DNA of 64,000 nucleotides from NCBI GenBank assembly GCA_022813865.1, contig JALDZX010000032.1:186001-250000 (forward strand). Direction: 5' to 3'. Shown in pieces: positions 50,179-63,005 of the stretch. The translations under genes were made by a program, and so were the position numbers. This stretch comes from Xylographa opegraphella. Taxonomy: Eukaryota. The notes beneath the pieces were generated by a model. The model ran no database searches. It was not told where the DNA came from and worked only from the letters and a program-made list of their open reading frames with translations. Position 1 is the first letter of the stretch, and every line of letters begins with the position of its first letter.

Positions 50179-52488
50179 TCAAGGCACGAAGTATGCGGCA
50201 ATGGAAATAATAATCCATACCTCGATTAACAGGGCGCCTTGTATCCTTTGGAGCTTGTCAATAAGGTCCATAAGCTATTGGGGAGAGGAAAGATATACCA
50301 TGTAGACTGTCCGTCCTGCATGATGTAGTTAACGATTAGTATAGAAGCAAACAGTGCTAGGACTTCGAATGCGCTGAAGACCAAGGTCATCTCGTCAATA
50401 TCCATACCCCAAGCGATTATAAGTACCAACGGAATCACCATCAACGAAGTCTGTATGCATTTCCCTGTGGTCAAGGCAAGACTGAGATCCACCTTGTCCT
50501 TGTAAGCCGTCACGATAGTTGTCGGATCGTTGCTCAATAGGGGAAGGATGACCAAGCCAACAAAGGTCTCGGACAGGCCAGCCTCGCTAAGGAGTCCATC
50601 GATGGAGTCCGTCGCAAACTGAGTGTTGAATGCAATGAAGACGGTTGACACAATGATTGTGGCTATTGCAACCCATATGCTTAATCGTGGAATTTCCTCG
50701 TCGTCGATGACATGGCTCCCGCTGATGCCAGTCGCCGCCGATTTCGCCCCAATTGCTGCGATCGCCCTGAGAGGTTTCACTCGATCCATCCGTCTTTTCT
50801 GTGTAGGTTGACTTCGTTTGTGTGGGCGAATCGGGTTGGTATATAGCTGAAAAAGCAGCCAGAGGCCGTAAGACAATAGCAGTACCACCCCTGTCCCGCG
50901 GGATTGAACCACAATATCTCTCCGGGAGGTAGTGATCAAAAAGTGGGAAACCGTGGGGACGATCAGACTCGTGGCTGCAAGTAAAAGTAGGGAACCCACG
51001 AGCTTGGCGATGCTGCTATCGAATCGTTGCTCGGCCCACTTGATACCGCCAAGGAGAAAGCCAAGGCCGGTCATTAGGAGAAGGTTGGAGAGAATGCCAC
51101 CGATCAAGGAGGTTTGTAGCACAGTGATCTGTCTAGTTTTCAGGAGAAAGATCGACGTGATCAGTTGAACAGCATTACTGTCTGAATCTCAAAACCGGTT
51201 CATAAAAGTCTGTAGAGTTTCGCATACCTGAAGGTCATGCTTATCAGCCCCTCCAGTAGTTCACCAACACGCAATGAGAAATCGTCGATGGCAAAAGCAA
51301 GGATCATAGCACTGGGTACGATAGCAAGGAAATTTACAGTGAAGATAGCAATTGGATTGACATGGGTATAGTTGAGTACGAAACCAACGGGAATGAGTAA
51401 GATTAAGATATGAAACGATGAATTGAAGAGGAGGATCCTGGCTTGGTCGATGAGGGTGAAGTGATCAACCTCTCCAGCAGGAGTTACATCCTTCGTCGTC
51501 CCATCTGGTCTGAAAGCGATGAACCTTCGCTTTCTTGGAGAGATCTCATCAACCTCCTCGGATTCAGGGCCACCGCCGCCTCTCAGGCGCAGGACAAGGA
51601 AAATTGTGTCCCCCTAAATAAAGGTATTAGCAATTACATGGGGACGGTCGCCGTGGTACGTCTCACTGGTTTGATCTTATAGGCATTCAAAGCTCGTTCT
51701 TGCGTAAAGTTAGCAATTTGATGATGTGGAAATGCTTTTAACGAAGATACCGTCCTCCAATTGCCTGCCTTCCCAGATGAGGCGCATCTGGTCAGGCGGT
51801 ATCCCCTCTTTGTCCTGGATCCGAGTTTTCAGATTGTGAATAGTAAGCTTTCGCGCGCCGTGGATTGGGATAACCTTGCCCGTCAAGGTACGTATACGTA
51901 GTTCTATCTCGTTGTTATCGCTGATGAACGGCCGGTGCTCATGAAGCGACACTCGATCTTCATTCCCACTGGCAGACGCATCGGCATTAGCAGAATCCAC
52001 AACCTCTTCGACCCTTGTCTTTAGACTTTTGTCTCTTCTGCGTACTATTGCCCCTTTCATGTCATAGTCCCAAGGCATCGTGTCACCACGCCTCGGAACA
52101 AGATGTGCCAATTTATCTCGAACTTTCAATGGGGTCGTGGAAGCATGCTTCAGACCAGTAGTTATAGTTTCTACGCCAGCATAATTCGCGGCTGTTTCGT
52201 TTTCTGTGACAGGCTCAGAGACAAGAGCCTCTTCTGCATCCAGTGACTCCTGGGTGACAGGCACGACTGTAGAAGCCGGATCTGCAGAAGCCAACGCGGC
52301 GGCGTCGATTCCACCTGATTCGGCATCGTTATCGTTAGGCGCTTTTTTCCTCCGCAGAGCAAATGGGTTGAAGGCACTTTGGTTGTTGGGACCTCTCCAG
52401 GCGGCGGAGTATGCATTTCTCCGAATTGAGTCTGCGGTCTATGTCATTGAGAGGCACAAGTCAATCGGTGTCATACATACATACACAT
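50179..52488 (-). CDS. Divergent Ca2+/H+ exchanger (CAX/Vcx1 family) with an in-frame ubiquitin domain in its N-terminal tail; first exon uncertain
   Basis: Exon 52438-51751, micro-exon 51698-51667, exon from 51613 reading [19 protein letters not shown]...LLIPVGFVL...[13 protein letters not shown]...GLISMTFS|NAVQL...[15 protein letters not shown]...[14 protein letters not shown]...KDKVDL...DGQSTW|IQGALL...YFVP*. Confidence 0.85.
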
Positions 52489-52766
52489 GTCTGAATCAGC
52501 AAAACATCTACAACATACGGAGCACCACGTTCTTGGAACCTGGTTGCGGGGCAGGGAAGCGCCGAGGTCGGACTCGGCAGAGGATATATAATACATACAT
52601 ATAATACATACAATAATACAATACAGGGTTAGGATACCATATAGCGCGAAGAGAGCAAGCGAGGTATCCCAAACAACGATTATCAGGCTTCGTGACCGAG
52701 TGTGTCGAACTCCGTGACGAGGACCGCAGTCCAGAAGATAGATCAGGGCGACTGCCATCGCTCGCT

Positions 52767-54170
52767 ATGTCCGTCCCTCGGTTACCTTTTCTGTATCCAC
52801 ATCTTTTCCGCAGCCTTCGCATCGCGGAACCATATACTACCCTTCGAACACCGGCTCCAAGAGTTGCTGCAGCTTCCAACCGCCAACTCCACAAGACGGG
52901 CAGAAAGCGGCAAGAGACGTACGCCCAGCGATATGGCCCTGCCACCGAACCTCCTCCTCCTCCGCCGCACATTTCGCAGAAGCCGGAGGATAGAAAACTG
53001 CCAGTGGCAGCGCAAAAACAGCCAAGGTTTCAGCAAGGGAAGGAAAGTGATGCAAAAGACAACAGCCGCACCTCGGAGGTGGAAGGTCGTGTATCTCCAA
53101 AATTGAAGAACGAGAGCGCCGATACCGACATTTCCCAAGGCCCTGATAAGGCGGAGGAGATAGAGAAGGTCGCGCGACTGACCGCCCGGGACGCTGAGGA
53201 GTCTCATCCAAAAGAAGCTATCAGAGGGCCCCGCCAGGAAGCAACCACTACGCCCCTTGAGACCGTATTACACATAGAAGCACCTACTTCTAACAAGTCA
53301 GATGAACACAAAATCCATATGCATGCACCACCATATGTTCACCATTTCGACACCTACACGCTGGTCAATGACCTGGGAAAGGGGGGGTTCACCCAGGACC
53401 AAAGCATTACAATCATGAAAGCTGTAAGAAGTCTCTTAGCAATTAACCTGGATGTTGCCAGAGAAGAGCTGGTATCAAAATCCGACGTCGAGAACGTATG
53501 TCTAATCCGAGATCGGACCGGGCGACTTGGGATACTGCTAACCTTACTTTTGTAGGAGACCTACCTTTTTCGCGCAGCATGCTCCGAACTGCGCACGGAA
53601 ATTCAGAACCTTCGCAAAATATCAAGTGAAAAGATGCGCATCGACCGTGCTCATTTGCAGCATGAAGTTGATATCCTCAATCAGAAGCTCACGCAGGATT
53701 CTATGACCTTGAAGGATGATCTGCGCGGGATGTTCAATGATCGAAAAATGGCCGTGCGAATGGAGCAACGGTCAATGGACAGCGCGATACAGGAACTGAA
53801 TTACAAAATTACGGTGGCTTTGAACAGCGATAGCCGAGGCGAGGTCGAAGGCCTCAGATGGGTATTGACGAGGAGAGCTGCCATGGCAATTGTAGGGATG
53901 GCTTGTAAGTTTCTCTTCGTTTGTCAATCGAACCTTCCTGACGACCTGGCAGTTCTGATCCTTGGATCACTACGCTATTCCTCATACATGATGCACATGC
54001 AGGATGTAGAACGGAAACGCATGGCAGCAACGGCCCCGACATACACGGATAGCGGCGGAGGCAATTATACAACGCCCTCCAGGAGTACAGCGACCCAAAC
54101 TGGAGACTCGGACGTAATGGTTGCAAGTATTGATTCCGGGACGAATCCTAGTTATGTGTCTCTAGGATAG
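52767..54170 (+). CDS. Mitochondrial DUF1640 / CCDC90-MCUR1-like coiled-coil protein, 3 exons
   Basis: MSVPRLPFLYP leader; PPYVHHFDTYTLV..L..GGFT..QSITIMKAVR...SKSDVEN|ETYLFRAACSELRTEI...EVEGLRWVLTRR followed by a TM segment. Confidence 0.85.
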
Positions 54171-55463
54171 CGATGATACCCCAACGTTTCAACGTTCAAG
54201 TTCTGATCCTTTATCGATATACTCCAGATTATCCCCGTGCAGATCTGATCTCGCGCTCTATTCTTGTTTCCTCATCCTGTCAGTGCCAGCATCTCGTACC
54301 CGTCACTTCATAACAGCCGCGGTCGAGAGACTCCCTACAATCCTGCAATACAACTGTGCACGATCGTTGGCAGTTAGTCTTTTCCCAGCCTTAGATTACC
54401 GTCTGACAAATCAGGCATCCATCCGGCACCAGATACACTGCACTGTGCTCCTAACTCAAATCCAATGCACTGATTCTAGCCATAATCTTCCCCAATGCCT
54501 ACGCCCTTTTTGCCCAGCCTTCGTTCCCCAAGATCAATACAGATGCGCCGCAAAAGCTAGCTCCTCTTTGATTACCCATCAATGTCATCCCCACGTTGAG
54601 AGTGATTCAGCTACGCGGCGCGGAACGAAAGACATGTTTCCAGACGGCCACACCATTCAAGAAAGGCTACCACCGCGGCGCTCCTGACGCTGCTCCAGGC
54701 TTGGCTGCGTCGTGCAGAGGACATGCAAAGCCACACGAACCGGGCTGCGAGAATCCATCTCTGACCGCCAGGATCTAACAGTCACTGAGAAATGCCACTC
54801 ACGGCCTTCGCAGCAGCGTCGGAACCTTGGTAGAGGGCTGAGGTAACGCACAGGTTGTAGCAGCGGAGCGTGGTGTCGAGCTTTGCGAAATCGAGTACCT
54901 GACTCTTTTGGGCAAGGGCGCTGATCACCACACTGGTTTGCGGAGCCGTAGTATTGCATGGACCAGAACGCGAGCTGGGAAAAAAGAGACTGGGAAGATG
55001 CGTCCGTGTTTGAAAAATGTGGCTTGGACGGAGGGAAAAGAAGTAGCAGGTAGGTATTGGGAAGCGGGAGGAATGGTATTCATCGTGGGTAGGCTTGGTA
55101 TACGCCCAAAAGTGACAGACCTGCAATGAGTTTCTGGACAAGTCACTATACAGAAGATGAGTGGATACACGAGAAGGTAATCACCAGTCTGCAGTCAATA
55201 GACTATGTGTGTTACTTCCGGAGGCAGGCATGGCAGGGAACAATAGATTGCACAGCTACCCGTTCGGTAGGAAGTTTGAATTTAAGCTGTATACCCCTAC
55301 GCAAATATATAATAGGCTTGTGCATGGACACCCTTTTCGTACTGATTTTGGATCCTACTTCGGGAAAGCTCTAAAAAATTCTTATGAGTATTCTATAAAG
55401 TTCCTCGAGAAATCTATAAGGGTACTCTAAAATCTTCGCCATCTATGTCCACCCAGCCGGTCG

Positions 55464-58400
55464 TTAGGCTCCGAAGGTGAGCTTCAACGCTATGCTGGGC
55501 TCTTCTTTGCCACGCCCATCGCGACGAGCATCACTCTTGCTAGCGCCACCTTCTTTGATGATCTGCTCCATGAACGCGCGCTGCTCAAGATTCATCTTCT
55601 CTACTATAGACCTGAAGGCGCCCTGATCAATGCTTGCCATGGACATAAGTCGGGAGGCTGTATCATCATAAGAGTCTTTGCCTTCTCTCGAGGCTACATG
55701 TAGGACTAAGGGAACAACAAGAGTGTACAGAGTAGCGGCTTGTTCGTCTTGCAGCGTCGATGCGTAGGAGATGATTGTTGCCAGTATGAGACCCCTTGAG
55801 TTTTCGGGGTCTTGTTGGGCGTCGTCAATGAGGAATTGCAATAACCGTGGGAGCAGATAAGCAGCAATGGCTTGGCCCACTTCTCCTTTCGGCTCGGTCA
55901 GCAGTAGGGATCTTATGCAATTGGCAGCCACTTTTCCTAGTCCACGATCTTGTAGACAGTCGAGTAAGTCGTCGATGAGCTTCAACACTAATGGTTCATT
56001 AGGCAAGATGCCTTCGGAGCCATTGGTGAGAAGAATGACCGAAGCCATAAGAGTGTTCTTAGCACAAAGCAAACTCGCTTCTGATTCGCGTCTTTGAGCG
56101 TTGGCAAGAATGGAACGCAGCTTTTGGAGGCAACTTCTGAGCTGCTCGGTGATACTTGGGTTTTCCTCGACGTCTTCGGTGATAGTCTGAACAAACCGCC
56201 GGAAAATCGGTAAAACTTTTGGTACTACGGATGCCTGGCATACGCCCGTACCGAGAATAGTGGTAAAGATATGGATGATGCAGGCGCGCAGATCAGTACG
56301 GATGACAGAAGGAAAGATACCTGAGACGTCAACGAGGGCTTCGAGCGACAAGTCGAGCAATGCCACTCCTTCGGCAGGGATCTGATGTCGAATCGTTGTT
56401 GGTTTCTCTCCAAGATTGGGAAGAACACTGGCGATTACTAAAACTATTATTCTTGTAAGCTCGAATAGCTGTTCGATATCGTCGGATAAGTGTTCGTCTC
56501 CCTCGGTGCCCTCCTTGACCGAAGGATGAGTCAGACATAGATTGCGAGTAATCTCTACAATAGCTCCCTGCACAGCAGAGCCTTCTGTTAAGGCTAGACG
56601 ATCGAATAGCTCCATAGTCTCTGAGAAGACAACATCTTGGTAGACAGCATGACCAGAGACGGAGGGACGAAGAATCCGTTTCAACGCCAGCAGAATCTCC
56701 AAGGTCTGATCATTTGTGTTCTGAGTATCCATGTCTGGACGCTTGACTAAGGCCTCGAAAGATATGCCGTACAACATGAAAAAGAATGCCACTGGCTCGT
56801 TGCGATAGCTGATGTCGTCCCTATTGGACGCTGCACCACTACTTACCGAGTTGCCTGTCTTACCGTCGAGGGCGTCAAACACGACATCGCCATCTTGGTC
56901 TATTAAGCTTGCAATAGCTTCCACAAGTTTAAGCCAAGAGTCCTGGTAAAACTGTAGCTATGTCAGTAGATGGTTCGGGTGAGGACAAATAATGTGCTAC
57001 CTTGAGAAGAGTTTGCCGGTTGAACGCGGCATATATCGTGTCAAGGCTGTCTCGGCCGTTAATTCCCATGCTACTGGAGATATCCGGCTCGAAACGCAGA
57101 CGAGCAAATTCTTGTAATGAAGATAGCCACAAAGGCGTTAGAGTGGCCGTATGTGATTTGACAACTTCCACCAAATAACCCTGTTCTGTGCTCGCAACCT
57201 GTAACTCAGCCCATGCTGATAACACAGACATCTTGACCATCGTTTTCGCATTGGAGCTGAGGCCTTTAAGATCTCCAATAGCTGGACTTCCCGTATCAAC
57301 TAATTCAATCAGTAGCTGCATCACCTCACGATCATCAGAAGGCATACCGGTGAAGCTGTTCAAAGTAGACACTAATAGCTTGAGAATTCTACCCATACGA
57401 TCAACGTCTTTGACTAGTCCGGCAGAAATGAAGGTTGCGCAGACGCTGATTGCCACTGAAGCAAGCTCAGGAGACGAGTCTGCTCCAAATGCTGGCGTAA
57501 GCGCAGAGCTGATCTGCGCTTGGTATTGCTCCAGCAAAAGTGCCTCCGAGAAATCCGGATCTGGAGTCTTCCCGAATATCTGATACGAAGGTTAGATATT
57601 AAGTCGATGTTCGCAACATGTGATCTGACACTTACTAGCAAAACCTGGTCTATCAGTTTGAGCCCCCGAACTCGAAGCTCTATGACTGAGGCTGTGGATG
57701 CGAGAAAAGCTATCCGGATAAGATCGGAAACTTTCTGTTGCATGGCAAGCCCGGCCAGGGAGCCAGGATGTGCTAGCATGTCTCGTGCAACCGTGCTAAG
57801 AATATCACTGAGACACTCCAGCGTAAATGCACGTACTTGCCATCTTAGCAGCTCCTGGCCGACAGAATTGTTATCCCCATCGTCATCCTTGCCATCTCCA
57901 AGTGCGAATCCGGCAACTTCCTCATCTTGGACATCTGGAGCAGCGGAAGGCAGTGTTTGTTCGGGACCTGGCGTAACTCCATTTGATTTTGTCACTGTTT
58001 TTGTCAACAGATTCTGGCAGCGATTGATCCACTGCGTTGTCTGGGTCAAAGTTGTCTGCTGAAGCCAGGCTTCCACAATGCTTCGAATTCCACCTTGCTC
58101 GTACGGGGTATCTAAAGACTTCCAGATCTGATCCTCAAAACCTTCAACAGCTACATTCATCGTCTGATCAGCGTTTCGCCGCATAAGATTATAAAGACCA
58201 TCTGTAGCAATATCGCGAATGTCATTTCCGGGAAGGGCCAGACCTTCCCGCAACTGCTGTACGTATCTTGATAGTTCAACATAGGAAGGAGCATATAGAT
58301 ATATGTGCTCCCAGCAGCGCAGCGCTTGACCCCGAACCAATGTTTCTTCATCAGCATCAAATTGTCGTACGAGGGTTAGGATCAAGTCACGAGCCTTGCC

Positions 58401-61400
58401 CATGTCCTGCAGATCAGGCCCTAAAACATTAATCAGAGACGCTATGCAGTGGGCGATGGCACCAGTGGTTGGCAATTCTAGTTCTGCATTAGATGTGCCG
58501 ACGGCGTCCGCCTCTTCACAGTGGCTGTCAGATATCCACAGCTGCGCCAGCAAACCAAGGGTACTCGGAATATATCCGGAGAATGTAAGACCAGCAGATT
58601 CCGCCACTTCAGAAAGCGCCTCAATAGCCCAGAAGTGCACCGTAGGATGTGGATCGCTACACAAAGACATCAAAACACCATGGATTTGCCGTAGATGAAA
58701 CCCTGCAGCCATACCGCCAACATTTGAATGTATGGATCCCAGTGCCATAGCACATCCAGCACGAGCATCGGGTTCTCGATTTGACACAATGGTTTCAATC
58801 AAATTGTTGACAACGGCGGTGGTAAATGCATTACCAGAGCCATTGCACATGCGTCCCAATGCTTCACAGCCAACGTTACGAACATATTTGTCGGGGTCTA
58901 CTACGAGGCTCTACTTGGCAGTCAGTCCCATTACCCAAGTATGTCAATAGCGGTACGTAACCCTTAAAAGTTCGTCAAAATACTTTTCCACAGGAGGTGA
59001 TTTTAAATCACCGGGAATGGCTAGAGTTTCACTCAATGTGACTTTCAAAGCTCCCAGAAGTGCCAAAGCAATATTGACCGTGACTGCTGCCTTCCTTCCC
59101 GGGTCCCTTTGAAGAATCTTTGCTCCAAGAAAAGTAGATAGTTGTTCGAGTATGCTCTCTTGAATTTTCGGGCTTTGTAGCGGGAAAGCCGCTGCAAACA
59201 CCGAAATCGCCGAATTGACGACTTCTGTGGCAGGTGGATCCGGCAAATCCTCTGCGGTGTTGAAGTCCTGTGTGTCTATATAAACGGAATCGTGTTCCAA
59301 GGCACCGCATGTGGGAGATAGCAACTAGTAATGTCAGCGCATTCTGGAATGTACGTAGACTCTTAGCGTACTAGGCGTTCTAAGATGTATTCGACATCAC
59401 TCCTATCATACCAAGATGACTGAACACCATCTGATTGCTCGCCTGCCAGTGGCTTGACGTGCAATCCTTTCATCAGACCTGATACTCCGTATCCAGAGTT
59501 GTCGGCCACATTCCAAATGCTATCGAAATTACTCGCCGAATTTGCTATGGACGTTCCCAGAGAGCCTTGTACATATCCTTCCGGTTCGGCAAAGCAAGAT
59601 ATGGCAAAGGCGACGATTCCTGACTGGGAGAGAGTCTCTCGGCTAGCGTGCGGACTTCTGATCGCAAGCCTGGTCAAGCATTGTAGTACCCTTCTTCTGA
59701 CCATTTGTACGAGGTCTGGTAGTTGAAGCGAAGGAAGCATACGGGACGACATTTCACTTTCGGCTCTGGTGGTTGGGATGTGGTCAAGAAACTCGATTGT
59801 GTTCTGCAGCATGGTCGCAATACGCTTGGACACGTCGGTGGTCAACAAGCGTCCATTGAACTCGAGAAAAGCTAGAATTGATCCCAAAGCACATTCCCGA
59901 ACGTGTACTAGATAGCTGATCTCAGCCATCTGTCGCTGCCCAGCATTCTCTTTGGTCAGAGCTTTCGGAAGAGAGTTCCTCCACAGTAGTAAAAGCTGAG
60001 TCAAGTGAATCTTTACGAAGTTCGGTCCCAGTGACATGAGACCCCCTATCAGAATCCACGCTACTTGGACTTGCGTGCCCGAAATTCGAAGTTCAGTGTT
60101 GACACTCGACTTGAGCAACTCAGTTGCTTGCTGTAAGACTCGGGAACTAATCTCCAACGAACTATACAAGGGCTGTAGACTTGATATGCTTATAACCGCT
60201 GCAAGACCGTTCGCATACCCGACACATTTTCTAGCCGAGAGGCGCCCTGTATTTAGCAATTCCAGTTCCCTGTTAAGAGAATCCATGGAGGTAGAGGCGC
60301 ATTGGATAAGTTGTGATGGACAGGCCAGTGTGAAGAGACGAAGACAGTAAGAAGCATGTATTTGCACTGTATAGCTTGGATGCTGCAGAACTTGCAAGAG
60401 AGCATCTCGACAGCTATCGGCTAGTGGACTGAATGCTGATCCGAGAGCTCTGATCAAGGAAGCTAAAACATCAAGAACACCTGTCAGAGTATTCTTCGTT
60501 GGCTCACTCTTTTCCTTGAGCACCCTAGGATAATTCTTCAGATAATCGTTGATCAGTAGCTTTGCTGCAACAGTCTGAGCTGCTTCACCAAGTATAGATC
60601 GACCCACCACATCGGCCAGCAGCTTGTGTACAAACCGTCTGGTTAAGAGAAGTCGATATCGGTGGTGAGTTATCAAAGGACTGCTTAGGATGTCGACCAA
60701 AAAATGATCTGCTATGATAGCGTAATTCGCTTCTATGACACTAGGGTCTAGAGTCTGGAAAACCCTAGAGTAGCAGCTTATCACAGCAGCTCTGCCTCTA
60801 TTACTGGTCGAAGAGCGTATATATTGAGCCGAAAGTTGCCGTAACATGTCTGGAAGCGTCAGATCTAGCTGTACAGAATTCTTCTTCCAAGTTGGAGACG
60901 CTAATCGTAAGGTGTCCGAGTCGTCTCCATCAGGCGCAGAAAGATTCTGGCCTGGAAGTGGTTTCTTCGCTCTCTTGAACCGTGGTGTCTTGGGTATTTT
61001 CGGTGTCGACGTCAATGGAGTCATCGCCGAATACCCCTTGATCATCAACGCTGCCAGACATGATGCAGAGGCTTGCCGCACAGCAGACACCGAGCTGTCC
61101 CCGGCTTTCCATATCGTGGTCTTCAATGACTCAAAGTCGTTGGTATTGTTGAAGTGATCTGTTACTCGTACGAGTCGTTCGAGACAGACGCAAGCCTTGA
61201 TCTGAACCAAAGCTCCTCGATCGCCTGATGCCGCAGTCCGAGCTTGCTTGAAGATCTCACGGGCTACAGACTCGTCAAGTGACCCCTGAACAGCTTCAAC
61301 CACCCTGCAAAGGGATTGGAATATTGCCGCTCGAAGCGCGACATGGCCTGTTGCAGCTTTCAAGAGCTTGATGATGGCTGTACTAGTAAAACTAGACAGA

Positions 61401-61867
61401 TTGACCGCCCCATCTCCTGCGACTCTATATATCTCCCCCAGACAAAGGACGGCCGCTTGCTTATTCCTGATTTCTTTCTCAATTTTACCTACATTCAAGG
61501 ACTCTCCTAGCTCGGTGATCGTTTCGAAAAGGAGCTTCCGGTCTCCTTTTCCAAAAATATGTCTTAAACAGCGGCCGATAGCATTGCGAACCGGTCTCGT
61601 AGGTGGCGGAGTAGGAAGGTTGATGATCTGCAGTAGTTCTTTCTTCAGTTGGACTTGCTCCTCCTTGAGGACTTCAATCTTCAGCGATTTGATATGCTTC
61701 TCGGAATTTGTCACGAAGTTAAATAAGTACAAGGCCTGCTGCTCGGAGGGTAAGGAGTGAAGCTTCGTGATGTCAAGTTCAACCTCCTGCTTGACATGTT
61801 TGCTGGGTATACTCTTGGCCTCTCCGTTGCCATTTGAGACATGTGAAGACGACGGGAGATGGGACAT
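55464..61867 (-). CDS. LAA1: HEAT-repeat AP-1 accessory protein Laa1/HEATR5, multi-exon
   Basis: ELDITKLHSLPSEQQ, GDRKLLFETI, QVQVAWILIGGLMSLGPNFVK.HL.QLLLLW, ARAGCAMALG, LLEQYQAQISSALTPAF, C-terminal PSIALKLTF. Confidence 0.92.
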
Positions 61868-62025
61868 GAATTACACCTTGACTGTGCTTCGTCGAAATGC
61901 ATTTCACATCATTGTGAACACACGGCGGAACTTGGCTTTGGTTTGCGGAAAGCGCTCGCTTCCTCCACGCCCTAAATAAATTTTGGACCAGCAACTCTCG
62001 AAGCAACAGTCTGCAGAGTCTGCAC

Positions 62026-62930
62026 ATGATCGGACCACGACTACTGCATAGCTGTTGCTGCGCTCGTGCAAGTCTACGAAGGATATCCACCTCCACTTCT
62101 TTGCTTTCGGGACATAACCGGTGGTCCAAGATCAAGCATGATAAAGCCAAGGTCGACGGAGCAAAAACACGGCAGCGCTCTAATATCGCAAAGGAGCTGA
62201 CCAGTGCCTCTAAAGGTAGGCAATGTAGTCGGCCTTAGTGTCTCCATAGGCTCATGTTATTATAGCGGCAGGTGCAGATCCAACCACCAATACACGGCTT
62301 GCCGTTCTCATCGCAAGTGCCAAAAGGGCCGGCTTCCCAAAAGCTTCGATAGACACTGCCATAGCTCGAGGCCAGGGTATCTCCAGTAGCGGTGCGCCTC
62401 TCGAAAATGTCACCCTGGAGGTGATGCTACCCCATGCCGTTGCTGCTGTGATCGAATGTCAGACGGACTCGAAGGCACGACTGCTTCAGGATCTTCGAGA
62501 AATCTTCAAGTACTATGGCGCAAACACTACGCCCACCACGTATTTGTTTGAGAAGAAAGGGCGGATTGTGCTCGAATCATCGAGCGAGATTGAGGAGGAG
62601 GAGCTACTGGAACAAGGGATCGGTGCAGGGGCGCTGGATATCGAACAAGACGACGACGGTAGCATTGTCGTTCTCACAGAACCAAACCGGATTACGGCAG
62701 TGGGAGAAGCACTTACGAGCGCTCTCGGACTTAAAATAGACAGGACTGAATTTATCTGGGACCCGAAGGATGATACGAAGGTGGACATACCCACTCCGGA
62801 ATATGCGGAGAAACTCAACAGGTTCACAAGTTAGTACTTGCTGCTGTATGGCTGTTGGTTAACTGATCAGTATGCAGGCAAACTAGAAGAAGATGCGAGC
62901 GTGCAAGGCATTTACCTCAATACCACTTGA
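62026..62930 (+). CDS. Mitochondrial TACO1/YebC-family translation regulator (Dpc29-like), 3 exons
   Basis: Arg-rich presequence, then SGHNRWSKIKHDKAKVD; DPTTNTRLA...AKRAGFPKASIDTAI; VIECQTDSKAR; YLFEKKGRI; LEEDASVQGIYLN. Confidence 0.9.
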
Positions 62931-63005
62931 GCAAGACTCGCTTTTGCACATTCTACCACCAATATTATTGATGTAACATAATCTCAAGTCAATCCCGCGG
63001 GAGCC

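Noticed and set aside
53905..53952. Stop-free in-frame intron in the DUF1640 gene (also ELP5 intron 1)
   Set aside because: Expected by chance for short introns; there is no evidence of regulated retention.
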